From Minisyncoccia bacterium (GTDB taxonomy: Bacteria; Patescibacteriota; Minisyncoccia; Phycocordibacterales; CAJBRS01): a stretch of DNA of 64,000 nt. The notes below the pieces were generated by a model that was not told where the DNA came from, ran no database searches, and saw nothing but the letters and a program-made list of their open reading frames with translations. Of the stretch, positions 1 to 10,140 are shown piece after piece (within the stretch, counting starts at the first letter, position 1; every line of letters starts with the position of its first letter). The DNA lies in contig JBBQRF010000003.1 of the NCBI GenBank assembly GCA_038215155.1, positions 65,904 to 129,903 on the forward strand. Reading direction: 5' to 3'. A program made the position numbers and the translations under genes.

Positions 1-266
1 AATAAGCGGTATTGACCACTAGCCACAAGCATCCCTTCTCGAACGGCATAGCCTTTTCCGTGGCTATGGCACTCTATTAACCTCAAATTAGGCATTTGAT
101 GGCTAAATTCTGTGACAATTTCTCGAGTTTTATCGGTTGAGCCATTATCAACGACTATTACTTCGGCCTGATATGTTTGGCGTTCCAAATACCTCTTAAT
201 AGCCAAAAGAGTCGGGCCAATTCGCTCTTCTTCGTTGAAGCAAGGAATAATTATAGATAAATACAT
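1..266 (-). CDS. family 2 glycosyltransferase (DPM1-like), C-terminally truncated by window edge
   Basis: reverse translation begins MYLSIIIPCFNEEERIGPTLLAIKRYL..VIVVDNGSTD, the classic GT2 N-terminus; ATG at 264-266. Confidence 0.6.
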   Translation of the reverse strand, partial: MYLSIIIPCFNEEERIGPTLLAIKRYLERQTYQAEVIVVDNGSTDKTREIVTEFSHQMPNLRLIECHSHGKGYAVREGMLVASGQYRL

Positions 267-269
267 AGA

Positions 270-662
270 TTATTCCTTAAAAACCCAAAATTTAGAAAAT
301 AAAAATCCCCAAATTAAGGTGCCAAAAGTAGCGACCATAAGAGCTATAACGTCAGAAAGGCCATTTCTTATAATTAAGTAATGCAAGCCCACATTAATAA
401 ATATTCCACTACCGACTGTTGAATAAAAACGCACTGCCTCAAGCAAGCTCGGAGAGTGCCTTCGATTGAAAGTAAAAAAGCGATTAGCAAAAAAACTGAA
501 AGTAGTTGCTCCAACAAATGACAGAGCTTTAGCGCTAGACAGATGATTAGAAAAAATTAATGTCTCGCGAGTTAAGCTAAAATAAATGGCAAAATCAATG
601 AGGGTGTTGATTACTCCCACCAAACAATATTTAACGAACTGCTCAAAGCTATTTAATTTCAT
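270..662 (-). CDS. GtrA family membrane protein (start moved to internal Met MKLNSFEQFVKYCLVGVINTLIDF)
   Basis: GtrA-like N-terminus and 4 TM segments; follows a GT2 gene (GtrA/GtrB arrangement); the long upstream ORF extension is unsupported. Confidence 0.55.
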   Translation of the reverse strand: MKLNSFEQFVKYCLVGVINTLIDFAIYFSLTRETLIFSNHLSSAKALSFVGATTFSFFANRFFTFNRRHSPSLLEAVRFYSTVGSGIFINVGLHYLIIRNGLSDVIALMVATFGTLIWGFLFSKFWVFKE

Positions 663-687
663 GGAGTAATCATAATATAATGTAGGA

Positions 688-1188
688 ATGCTTTTTCGCC
701 AAAAGAAATTAGTCTTAATATTAGGTATTTTTATATTACTACTTTGCTCGGCCACTGTCCTATACTTATGGCCTAAAGGACAAGGGCTTTTTCCGTCGAA
801 TTCTAATGAGGAAACTGGTATAAAAGACAATCTAAAAACCATCCAAATTTCTATCGGACATGACAACCTAATTGCCGAAGTAGCAGAGACAGAAGCTGAG
901 CGCCAACTCGGTCTAGGTAATCGCAAACAGTTAGCGGCAGATGCAGGCATGCTCTTTGTCTTTAATCATCCGGAGCGGTATGGTTTTTGGATGAAGGATA
1001 CTCTTATTCCTTTGGACATGATCTGGATAGATGAAAATAAAAAAATTGTAGATATTAAAAGTGATGTTTTACCCAGCTCCTACCCTAAAGTTTTTTACCC
1101 TCAATCAACAGCCCTTTACGTTCTTGAAACCTCCGCTTTTTTCGCTACAAAGCATGAATTGAAAATTGGAGACAAATTAATTTTTTAA
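688..1188 (+). CDS. DUF192 domain protein
   Basis: N-terminal TM, then AEVAETEAERQLGLGNR..GMLFVF..WMKDTLIPLDMIWID, matching DUF192/COG1430 pattern. Confidence 0.55.
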   Translation: MLFRQKKLVLILGIFILLLCSATVLYLWPKGQGLFPSNSNEETGIKDNLKTIQISIGHDNLIAEVAETEAERQLGLGNRKQLAADAGMLFVFNHPERYGFWMKDTLIPLDMIWIDENKKIVDIKSDVLPSSYPKVFYPQSTALYVLETSAFFATKHELKIGDKLIF

Positions 1189-1352
1189 AATAGCATCATA
1201 AATACCCCATATTTAGACGCTTTTTTTAATGGGCATTTTACATCTCGATTTTTTTATTTTGATATACCGAAAGATGAGGGAATAGACTAGTTTTTGAATG
1301 AAAGGCGGGGTAAAATTATATGAAAGATTAATAAATTAATTCTCAAGAGTTC

Positions 1353-4037
1353 ATGAGCATTTCAATAACCAAGCATGACGGCACAAAAGAGCCATTCAAT
1401 GCCGATCAAATTAATCGTTCCATTGAACGCGCCTGCCAAGGACTAATGGATCCGATCGCGATGGTTACTCAGATTGCTACAGAAACTCGGCTAACACTAT
1501 ACGACGGCATTACTACTAAAGAATTAGATCAGGCCACCATTAATGCCTCTCTCCAAAATGTTAAAGATGATCCTGCCTATGACAAAGTAGCCACTCGCAT
1601 CCTCTTGAAAACCATGTATCGGGAAGTGCTAGGGGATTATGATAAGGACGACCAGACTGACCTAATTAAAAAGCACCGAGAAGGTTTTATTTCTTTTATA
1701 AAGAAAGGTGTAGAAGATGGGAAATTAGATTCTCGAATGGAAGAGAAATTTAATCTACGTGACTTAGCTAAGACGTTAGATATAGAAAGAGATGAACTAT
1801 TTCAATTTGCCGGACTCTCCACCTTCCTTAATCGATATGCTCTGAAAAATTTGGATCAAAATCCGCGAGAGACTCCTCAGTATTTTTTCATGCGCGTGGC
1901 CATGGGACTTTCTTATAATGAATCAAAGCCTACCGAGTGGGCTAAAAAGTTTTATAACAAGATGAGTAAGTTTGAATATATTGGTGGTGGTTCAACCAAT
2001 CTTGGCGCTGGTACTATGAAGCCAGCACTTTCAAATTGCTTTCTGTTAGAAGTACAGGACGACATGTCTCACATTGCTAAGAGCGTCTCGGACGTCATGA
2101 TGCTCTCTAAAGCGTCCGGAGGGCTTGGAGTCTCGGTCAGTAAATTGCGCGCCGCTGGCTCTCCACTGAAATCTAATAATGGAGTCTCAACCGGCGCCAC
2201 TCCCTTCGCTAAAATCATGGATACCGCCATCAGGGCTATTCAGAGAGGAGGCAAGAAAAAAGGGGCTTTGTGTTTTTATATGGAGAACTGGCATATAGAT
2301 TTTCCGGAATTTATAGATTGGAAACATAATGCTGGGGACGACTATATGAGAATGAGAACGGCTAACACCGCAGCTTATATTTCCGATGAATTCATGAAGA
2401 GGGTAAAGAGTAATGAGGCGTGGTATATGTTTGATCCGGCCGAAACTGGGGATTTAAATGAGTTATACGGACAAGCTTTTAGTAAGCGCTATGCTGAATA
2501 TGTAGAGATGGCCAATCAGGGCAAGCTTCGCATGGCCAAAAAAATGCCAGCCATGGAACTTTATCGAAAAATGCTCGTCTCTCTTCAAACGACTGGTCAC
2601 CCATGGCAGGTGTGGAAAGACACTATTAATGTACGTGCATTAAATAACAATACTGGAACCATTCACATGTCTAATCTTTGTACTGAAATTTGTTTACCTC
2701 AGGATAAGGATAATATTGCCGTCTGTAATCTGGCCTCCCTAAACCTCGCCACTCATGTAATAAATAAAGAAGTCAATTGGGGCAAACTAGAAGAATCAGT
2801 TCGTCTCGCCATCCGCCAGCTTGATAACTTAATTGACATCAACATTTTGCCAGTGGCAGAAGCGGTAAAAGCTGATCAGGAAAATCGAGCGGTTGGGCTC
2901 GGAGTAATGGGTTTTGCTGACGCTTTAGAAAAAATGGGTCTCGCATATGACAGTGAGCCAGCCTATGATTTTGCTGATCGCATTTTTGAATTTATTAGTT
3001 ACATGGCCATTGACGAGAGTGCTCGACTGGCTGAAGTGCGTGGCCCGTACAAAAACTTTAAAGGTTCGGAATGGTCAAAAGGTCATGTTCCTTTCGATAC
3101 TATTAAGAAAATTGAAATTGAGCGTGGTTTTCCAGTCACGGTAACTTTAGAAAGTAAACACAAGGGATTGAATTGGGATCTTCTTAGAGAAAAAGTAAAG
3201 AAGGGTATTAGGAATGCCACCTTAATGGCCATTGCTCCAAATGCAAACATTGGATTAATTGCAGCCACTACACCTGGAGTAGATCCACGCTTTGCACAGG
3301 TCTTTTCTCGCAATAAGATTTCTGGAAAATATTTAGACATTAATCACAACCTAGTAAGAGATTTGAAGAATCTGGGTGTCTGGGAGAAAGTAAAAGAGCT
3401 GATTATTGAATATCAAGGAGATATTTCCGAAATTGCCGAAATCCCAGAACACATTAAAGCCATCTACAAGACCTCTTTCACTACTTCACCATTAGGTTTC
3501 ATTGAAGTAGTGGCCCGTGCTCAAAAATGGATGGACCAGGCCATTTCCAGAAATATGTATCTGCGCACTCGAGACATGGATGAGACTATGAAGATTTACA
3601 ATACTGCCTGGGAGAAGGGCCTAAAAAGCACCTACTATCTTCACATGGAGCCGCGACATACTGCCGAGCAGAGTACCGTTACTGTAAATAAGGCTCAGAA
3701 AATGGGCAGGGTAGGCTTCGGTGGTTTAAGCTCAAAGCGAGCAGTAAGTGGTGAGCCAGTAATAGCACTTGATGAATCAGAGCTATTAGCAGACAGCGCG
3801 CCGGTGACGATGATAGTAGAGCCAATAGTCAGTCCGATTAAGGAGTCAGAGATTCTAGAGAAAGTAGCGGTGCTTAAGGAAATTCAAGTAGAAGTTAATC
3901 TTTTGGAAGCAACAGAAGCTAATGTGCCCCCTGTTAATTCTGTTGAAGAGAAGCCAAAACCGAAAGTAAGATTTATTGGAGATAAAACTTGTCCTAGCGA
4001 TCCCGCCGATTTGGCTCAGTGTGATAGCTGTCAATAA
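1353..4037 (+). CDS. nrdA: ribonucleoside-diphosphate reductase alpha subunit, class I with N-terminal ATP-cone
   Basis: ATP-cone N-terminus, LSNCFLLEV and SNLCTEI catalytic motifs, C-terminal Cys pairs (CDSCQ). Confidence 0.85.
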   Translation: MSISITKHDGTKEPFNADQINRSIERACQGLMDPIAMVTQIATETRLTLYDGITTKELDQATINASLQNVKDDPAYDKVATRILLKTMYREVLGDYDKDDQTDLIKKHREGFISFIKKGVEDGKLDSRMEEKFNLRDLAKTLDIERDELFQFAGLSTFLNRYALKNLDQNPRETPQYFFMRVAMGLSYNESKPTEWAKKFYNKMSKFEYIGGGSTNLGAGTMKPALSNCFLLEVQDDMSHIAKSVSDVMMLSKASGGLGVSVSKLRAAGSPLKSNNGVSTGATPFAKIMDTAIRAIQRGGKKKGALCFYMENWHIDFPEFIDWKHNAGDDYMRMRTANTAAYISDEFMKRVKSNEAWYMFDPAETGDLNELYGQAFSKRYAEYVEMANQGKLRMAKKMPAMELYRKMLVSLQTTGHPWQVWKDTINVRALNNNTGTIHMSNLCTEICLPQDKDNIAVCNLASLNLATHVINKEVNWGKLEESVRLAIRQLDNLIDINILPVAEAVKADQENRAVGLGVMGFADALEKMGLAYDSEPAYDFADRIFEFISYMAIDESARLAEVRGPYKNFKGSEWSKGHVPFDTIKKIEIERGFPVTVTLESKHKGLNWDLLREKVKKGIRNATLMAIAPNANIGLIAATTPGVDPRFAQVFSRNKISGKYLDINHNLVRDLKNLGVWEKVKELIIEYQGDISEIAEIPEHIKAIYKTSFTTSPLGFIEVVARAQKWMDQAISRNMYLRTRDMDETMKIYNTAWEKGLKSTYYLHMEPRHTAEQSTVTVNKAQKMGRVGFGGLSSKRAVSGEPVIALDESELLADSAPVTMIVEPIVSPIKESEILEKVAVLKEIQVEVNLLEATEANVPPVNSVEEKPKPKVRFIGDKTCPSDPADLAQCDSCQ

Positions 4038-4080
4038 GAATTTAATAATTTGTAAATAAAATCGCGGCAGGCCGCGACAA

Positions 4081-4509
4081 CTAATTCTCAACAAAAGGAC
4101 CTTTGAGATTACAATCTTTTAGAACTGTGATTAAAGCGTTCACTCCTGTTTTACCAGTATTTCGGAATTTAAGGAGCCTATTCTTGTCGAAAGCCAAAAG
4201 ATCTTTGACGGTCTCAATATGATCCCTATTATGCGAAGCATGGAGTGGATGGTCGGGACTACTGAGGAAATTGACGAAAAGATTAATCATCCGGCTGCGG
4301 CAGTGGGGGACTAACTCGGGCGGCCAATATTTTTTAATAAATTCTGGAACAGATAGGTGCAGAATTCCTTTAGGCATAACTCTTATCTCAATCAACACCT
4401 CCTCCCCTCGGGAAAGAAGTTGATTAGGTAACTTCTTCAGAGCTCTATTAAAGAGCCTCTGTGCTTCATCATGAACAGTCTTTTTAGTCATTCTTCCCCC
4501 AACATACAA
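4081..4509 (-). CDS. hypothetical protein encoded antisense between nrdA and nrdB
   Basis: 142 aa ORF with His-rich stretch PDHPLHASHNRDH; no family recognised. Confidence 0.3.
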   Translation of the reverse strand: MYVGGRMTKKTVHDEAQRLFNRALKKLPNQLLSRGEEVLIEIRVMPKGILHLSVPEFIKKYWPPELVPHCRSRMINLFVNFLSSPDHPLHASHNRDHIETVKDLLAFDKNRLLKFRNTGKTGVNALITVLKDCNLKGPFVEN

Positions 4510-4578
4510 GAGATTTTATAGAAGTCAATACAAAAAATACTTCCATAGTAGAACTCTTTCCATTACAATAGATTAATT

Positions 4579-5577
4579 ATGCCACTCATAGGAAAAGCTT
4601 CCCCTGAAGATATGAATCTCCACCCACTGCGATATCAGTGGGCATATGATCTATATAATCAAGCAGTGAGAAATACCTGGTTTCCTCATGAAATTGCTTT
4701 GAAAGAAGATCTAGATGATTGGGAGAAAATGACAGAAGACGAAAGACACGCAGTGAAATTTTTAATGGCCTTTTTCAATCCGGCCGAATTGATTGTTAAT
4801 CGTTCTATTGCCCTGGGCATCTATCCTTACTTAAAAGCCCCAGAAGCCCATCTTTATTTGGCCAAGGTAATGTGGGAAGAAGCCAATCATTGCGTGGCTT
4901 TTGAATATGTCTTGGAGACCTTTCCCATTGATCGGGAAAAGATTTTTGGCATTCACTTAGAAACTCCATCAATGGTAGCTAAAGAAGAATTTATTTTTCG
5001 GTATTTAAAAAGAATGACGGAAGAGAATCTAGACATTGAGACGGTAGAAGGGAAGAAAGATTTTATTCGAAATTTAGTAGCTACTAATATTGTTATGGAA
5101 GGCACTTGGTTTTATTCTGGATTTATGGTGGCTCTTTCATTTCGACAACGCAATCAATTACGAAATTTCGGTTCAATGATTAATTGGGTTTTGCGGGACG
5201 AGTCACTCCATTTAAAATTTGGTATTAATCTAGTACATACCGTCTTGGAGGAAAACGCAGATTTAGTTAATGAAGAATTTGCTAATGAAATTCGCAATAT
5301 CGTCATCGAAGGAGTAGACAAGGAGGTGGCATATAATAAGGACCTCTTTCCGAATGGTATTCTTGGTTTAAACGCTGATTATGTCAATCAGTACGTTCAA
5401 TATGTTGCTGATAGAAGATTAGAAGAGTTGGGTTTAGAAAAGCACTACAACGTCACCAATCCTGCCAAGTGGATGAGCACTGCAACAGACGTCTTCGAAC
5501 TGGTTAATTTTTTTGAGGCTCAAAATACTAGCTACGAAGTGGATGTGCAAGCGCATTCCGATAAAAAAGATAAGTAG
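4579..5577 (+). CDS. nrdB: ribonucleoside-diphosphate reductase beta subunit
   Basis: ferritin-like diiron motifs (EEANHCVAFEY, RDESLH) immediately downstream of nrdA. Confidence 0.85.
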   Translation: MPLIGKASPEDMNLHPLRYQWAYDLYNQAVRNTWFPHEIALKEDLDDWEKMTEDERHAVKFLMAFFNPAELIVNRSIALGIYPYLKAPEAHLYLAKVMWEEANHCVAFEYVLETFPIDREKIFGIHLETPSMVAKEEFIFRYLKRMTEENLDIETVEGKKDFIRNLVATNIVMEGTWFYSGFMVALSFRQRNQLRNFGSMINWVLRDESLHLKFGINLVHTVLEENADLVNEEFANEIRNIVIEGVDKEVAYNKDLFPNGILGLNADYVNQYVQYVADRRLEELGLEKHYNVTNPAKWMSTATDVFELVNFFEAQNTSYEVDVQAHSDKKDK

Positions 5578-5579
5578 CA

Positions 5580-5606
5580 AAAACCCCGCCGTTAGGCGGG
5601 GTTTTT
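5580..5606. terminator. bidirectional rho-independent terminator (aaaaccccgcc gtta ggcggggttttt)
   Basis: perfect GC hairpin flanked by A-run and T-run; sits between nrdB (+) and rnpB (-). Confidence 0.8.
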
Positions 5607-5610
5607 GATT

Positions 5611-5962
5611 TGTTCTCTTTGAATCCGTAAGCCGAATTCTGTTTTAGGCAATTATTTATCTGTCCTCTCTGTTGCCAGAGGGATCAAGCGGCACCTCCTT
5701 CGAATATTATTCTCAGGATACGGCCTTGCACAGGAGTAAGGATTTTGCCGTTTCACTTCAATGTTGCCATTGAATTCATCCCGAACCCTTTTGATTTAAT
5801 CAAAAGGGTTCGGGATGCCTCACGCTTTCGCGCTCGGCGTCACTGCTCGCACCTCTTGGATTGCTCCAGACGGGTATTACCCGCTACTTTTTCAATTTAA
5901 TGCTCTGTGTTCGGACTTTCCTCCCTATTTTAAAATAGAGCAATTGCTCAATTCAAAGAGGC
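5611..5962 (-). ncRNA. rnpB: RNase P RNA (bacterial type A-like)
   Basis: on minus strand: 5' GGGAGGAAAGUCCGAACAC (P4 5' strand), internal GGGUAAUACCCG, 3' ACAGAAUUCGGCUUACGG (P4 3' strand / P15-16 region); P1 pairing CUCUUUGAAU with AUUCAAAGAG at the two ends. Confidence 0.65.
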
Positions 5963-6050
5963 TGAAAGTATAATATAAGAGCGTTGCCAGAGCAAGTAGG
6001 AGACGATATAATATTGATACATTTTTAATCGTTCCTTATCTTATTTTCAT

Positions 6051-8426
6051 ATGGAAAAAATCACTATTGATGTTCAGAAATCGCACGGTCGAAACCGTCT
6101 TGAAAGCACAGTATATTTCTTATTAATTTCTCTAGTCTTTCTTCTACCACTATTCTTCATACCCTCTATTCTGGTATCTTTTGCCTACAGCAAGATGATT
6201 CTCTTATTCCTATTAATACTAGTGCCTCTTTTTCTGTGGGCAATACTCTCTTTTAAGTCAGGTCACTTGGTCATACCTTTTAACTGGGTCTCACTATCAG
6301 CCGCTCTTATTCCATTGGCTTTTCTTCTATCCTCTATTTTTTCACCCAATAAATCCCTATCATTAATTGGTAGTGGTTTTGAGCTTGGAACTTTCAGTAC
6401 GATCTTTTTAATGTTTGTTTTAATGTTTTTAGTTTCAACTTTCATTCGTACCAAGGAAAAAATCTTTTATTGCTACATGTGGTTTGGGGGAGCATTTCTA
6501 GTCTTAGCACTTTATCAAATTATGCACCTGTTTCTCGGGCCGAATTCCTGGCTATCATTTAAGTATTTCCTAGACGTTACTGCTAACCCTGTTGGAAAGT
6601 GGAATGATTTAGGAGTTTTTACTGGATCAGCAGTACTACTTTCTTTAATTAGCCTCGAGCTATTGGTGCTCAGTAAAGGTTTTAAAATTTTTTCTTACGC
6701 CGTATTAATAACTGGTCTATTTATTCTTGCTATTACCAACTTTACCGTAATTTGGAATACTCCCATTACTTTAGTGACAATTATTGGAGTTTTTGCCTTA
6801 ATATTTTTTGTCTATTTCATTTCTTCAAATCAAGGAGAAGTAAAAGGGGAGACTCGGTCAATGAGTCGGCGTATTCCTGTTCCTTCTTTAGTTGTATTAG
6901 TTTTTTCGGTGATATTTACATTGGCAGTTGGTCCATTATCAAATTACCTAAACAATCTATTTCATATAAATATCAGTGATGTGGAACCTACCTGGCAGTC
7001 TACTCTCGAAGTAGCAAAGGGAGCTCTAATTCATAATCCAATTACTGGTGTAGGCCCTAATCGCTTTGATAGTCAGTGGTTCCTATCAAAACCCGACGGA
7101 GTAAATCAGACTGATTTCTGGAGCACTGATTTTAATTATGGAGTTGGTTTAATTCCTACATTCATAGTGACAACAGGGCTCTTAGGTATTTTAGCTTGGC
7201 TTGCCTTTCTAGGGTTATTTGCCTATTTAGGAGTGAGAGCCATGTTCTCAGGAATTAAGGATCGTTTCTCCCTTTATCTAATGGTCTCCTCCTTTTTCGT
7301 AGCCCTTTATCTCTGGATTATCCATATTATATATGTGCCAAGTTTAGTAACTCTAACTATGGCCTTTATTTTCACTGGCCTATTTTTCAGTTCACTTTTC
7401 CGAGAAGGGCTATTGCGTGAAAAATCAATTGCTTATGTCCAGGATTCGCGAAAAGGCTTTGCCGTCATACTTCTATTGGTAGTAGTTATTGTAGGTATAT
7501 TGACCTGGGGCTACTTTCTCTCCAACAAGGTCTTGGCTTCCATTTACGCTAATAAAGGATTGAGCGCCTTGAATAGAGGTCAAATAGATAAAGCAGAAGC
7601 GAACACAGTTAAAGCTGGTGCTTTAGATAAAAACCCAGCATATTATCGATTATTAGCTCAAATTGAACTTAATCGCCTGAACGCCCTTTTAAATCAAGGA
7701 AATTTGACAGCCGCTCTTGTGCAAACCCAATTCACACCGATTTTAAACAATGCCGTTTCTGCTGCCACCGTTGCTACACAATTAGACTCAACAGATTTTC
7801 ATAATTGGATGGCCTTAGGTTCGGTTTATCAAAGCGTTGTTCCATTAGGTATAAAGGATGCGGACACAGGCGCAGAAAACGCTTACAAGGAAGCTATTAA
7901 GCGCGATCCAAAAGATCCAGATATTTACCTGGCGCTTGCTCAATTAGCTATCGCCAAAAAAGATGCATCAAAAGCTAAAGAATATATTACCGACGCTCTG
8001 AAATTAAAGAATAATTATCTTCAAGCTATTTATCTTCTGGCTCAAGTTCAATTAGCAGAAGGGGATTCCAATGCAGCAGTCCAATCAATGGCAGCAGCGG
8101 CTGTAGTGGCTCCTAATAATCCGAATGTTTATTATCAGCTAGGCCTTCTTGAATACGGTTTAGGAAATTGGAGTGATGCCGCTGCTGCCTTTACTCAAGC
8201 CATAACCCTGGTGCCTTCTTATGCGGACGCTAAATATTATCTCGGACTGAGTCTTTATAAGGGAGGGCAAGTTCCGGCGGCTCTTGTTCAGTTCCAAGAA
8301 TTATTGAAAACTAACCCTAGCAATGCAACTCTTTCCACAATTGTGAATAATCTAGAAGCCGGTCGTGATCCACTAAGCGGATTGGGTGGATCGGCTGCCA
8401 CCACTACTAAAAAGACTACTCGTTAG
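6051..8426 (+). CDS. polytopic membrane protein (O-antigen ligase-like) with C-terminal TPR repeats
   Basis: about 10 TM helices N-terminally, then TPR-like repeats (AYKEAIKRDPKDPDIYLALAQ..). Confidence 0.5.
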   Translation: MEKITIDVQKSHGRNRLESTVYFLLISLVFLLPLFFIPSILVSFAYSKMILLFLLILVPLFLWAILSFKSGHLVIPFNWVSLSAALIPLAFLLSSIFSPNKSLSLIGSGFELGTFSTIFLMFVLMFLVSTFIRTKEKIFYCYMWFGGAFLVLALYQIMHLFLGPNSWLSFKYFLDVTANPVGKWNDLGVFTGSAVLLSLISLELLVLSKGFKIFSYAVLITGLFILAITNFTVIWNTPITLVTIIGVFALIFFVYFISSNQGEVKGETRSMSRRIPVPSLVVLVFSVIFTLAVGPLSNYLNNLFHINISDVEPTWQSTLEVAKGALIHNPITGVGPNRFDSQWFLSKPDGVNQTDFWSTDFNYGVGLIPTFIVTTGLLGILAWLAFLGLFAYLGVRAMFSGIKDRFSLYLMVSSFFVALYLWIIHIIYVPSLVTLTMAFIFTGLFFSSLFREGLLREKSIAYVQDSRKGFAVILLLVVVIVGILTWGYFLSNKVLASIYANKGLSALNRGQIDKAEANTVKAGALDKNPAYYRLLAQIELNRLNALLNQGNLTAALVQTQFTPILNNAVSAATVATQLDSTDFHNWMALGSVYQSVVPLGIKDADTGAENAYKEAIKRDPKDPDIYLALAQLAIAKKDASKAKEYITDALKLKNNYLQAIYLLAQVQLAEGDSNAAVQSMAAAAVVAPNNPNVYYQLGLLEYGLGNWSDAAAAFTQAITLVPSYADAKYYLGLSLYKGGQVPAALVQFQELLKTNPSNATLSTIVNNLEAGRDPLSGLGGSAATTTKKTTR

Positions 8427-8437
8427 TCTAAGTAGTT

Positions 8438-10126
8438 ATGGTCAGAAAGCTACTCAATATATTTAATAAAGAAATAGGCGGCGTTCATGAGGCCGCCTAT
8501 CTTCTTGGTTTTTTTGCCATTCTTTCTCAGATTCTAGCCCTGGTAAGAGATCGTTTACTGGCTTACTATTTCGGTGCAAGTCAAACTCTGGATATATATT
8601 ATGCGGCATTTAGAATTCCGGATTTTATTTTTGCTTCGATTGCCTCCCTTGTTTCTATTTCAGTTCTCATTCCATTTCTAGTAGAAAGATTGGATCGAGA
8701 CAAAGAAGACTCTAAGGAATTTTTAGATACTATTTTTACCGCATTCTTCGGAGTAATGGTAATCGTCTGTCTTGTAGCCTTCTTTCTTATTCCTTATCTT
8801 TTGAAATGGATTTTACCGGCGCTTGCCAATGGTCCTGATCGTGATGAATTAATCGATCTTTCCCGTATCTTGCTTCTCTCACCGATCTTTCTTGGTATCT
8901 CAAACTTCTTTGGCTCCATTACCCAGAGCTACCGACGGTTCTTTCTATACGCCACAAGCCCAATTATCTATAATGCAGCAATTATTTTTGGTATTTTAGT
9001 TTTGCGTCCTCACTATGGTCTCCGAGGTATTGTCTTTGGGGTAGTGATCGGGGCTATCCTCCATTTCTCCATTCAAATACCTTTCGTTCGCAGTCAGAAG
9101 ATGTTTCCACGAATTATCTCTCGGCTCGATTGGAAAAAAGTAAAACAAGTAATCTTTTTGTCTCTACCACGCACCCTTGCGCTCTCTGCCGACAGTATTT
9201 CTCTGCTTTGTGTTACTGCTTTTGCCGGTTTAATGGCCACGGGCTCTATCGCCATTTTTAATTTTGCCTTAAACCTTCAATCAGTACCTTTAGCAATTGT
9301 AGGCACAAGTTATACTCTGGCTGCTTTTCCTACTTTAGCCAAACTATATTCCCGTGGTGAAAAGAATGCTTTTGTTGAACAAGTTGTCACCGCAGCTCGG
9401 CATATTATTTTTCTCTCCATTCCTGTTACTTCACTTTTTATTGTTTTGCGTGCTCAAATTGTCCGTACCATTTTGGGAGTGGGACATTTTAGTTGGGATA
9501 ATACGCGACTAGTAGCGGCCGCTCTTTCAATGTTTACGATTTCTCTATTTGCTCAAGGCCTGACTTTGTTATTTGTAAGGGGATATTATGCGGCAGGGAA
9601 TACTAAGAAGCCACTAATCATTAACATTGCCACCACTATTGGCGACATTCTATTCCCGTATTTACTCTGGCAGGCCTTCACACATTTTCTGGTTTTTCGG
9701 TATTTTATAGAAAGTTTGTTTAAAGTCAGTGATGTAGCGGGGACTGAAGTATTAATGCTTCCGCTAGGTTATTCTTTAGCTGTGCTCTTAAATGTACTGG
9801 TATTCTTCATTTGTTTTGAGAGAGATTTCAAGAATGTGGCCGAGAAACTTTGGCGGACTTTCCATCAAAGTTTCTCGGCCGCCATACTGATGGGTTTTGT
9901 TGCTTACATTTTTCTAAATATTTTTGACAAATTTTTTGATATCAATACCACTCCAGGCATCTTTCTGCAGGGATTTTGCTCAGGAATTCTCGGTATTCTC
10001 TTTGGTCTCCTAATTCTAAAACTGATGAATAATGAAGAGATTAAAGAGATTTGGCAGACACTTCATAAGCGAATTTTTAGACCTAAGGGTGTAGTAGTTT
10101 CTGAGCAGACTAAGATTGAAGTTTAA
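8438..10126 (+). CDS. murJ: lipid II flippase MurJ/MviN
   Basis: N-terminus LGFFAILSQILALVRDRLLAYYFGAS.. plus 14 TM profile typical of MurJ. Confidence 0.8.
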   Translation: MVRKLLNIFNKEIGGVHEAAYLLGFFAILSQILALVRDRLLAYYFGASQTLDIYYAAFRIPDFIFASIASLVSISVLIPFLVERLDRDKEDSKEFLDTIFTAFFGVMVIVCLVAFFLIPYLLKWILPALANGPDRDELIDLSRILLLSPIFLGISNFFGSITQSYRRFFLYATSPIIYNAAIIFGILVLRPHYGLRGIVFGVVIGAILHFSIQIPFVRSQKMFPRIISRLDWKKVKQVIFLSLPRTLALSADSISLLCVTAFAGLMATGSIAIFNFALNLQSVPLAIVGTSYTLAAFPTLAKLYSRGEKNAFVEQVVTAARHIIFLSIPVTSLFIVLRAQIVRTILGVGHFSWDNTRLVAAALSMFTISLFAQGLTLLFVRGYYAAGNTKKPLIINIATTIGDILFPYLLWQAFTHFLVFRYFIESLFKVSDVAGTEVLMLPLGYSLAVLLNVLVFFICFERDFKNVAEKLWRTFHQSFSAAILMGFVAYIFLNIFDKFFDINTTPGIFLQGFCSGILGILFGLLILKLMNNEEIKEIWQTLHKRIFRPKGVVVSEQTKIEV

Positions 10127-10140
10127 GGTAGTATGGGATC

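Noticed and set aside
270-950. Full 226-aa ORF as the GtrA gene
   Set aside because: The N-terminal 96 residues are low-complexity (PASAANCLRLPRPSW..) and overlap the DUF192 gene on the other strand. The GtrA homology begins at the internal Met, so the gene was trimmed to 270-662.
6263-6979. Small ORFs 6263-6454 (-) and 6752-6979 (+) inside the large membrane/TPR gene
   Set aside because: Embedded in a well-supported 791-aa gene in other frames; no features.
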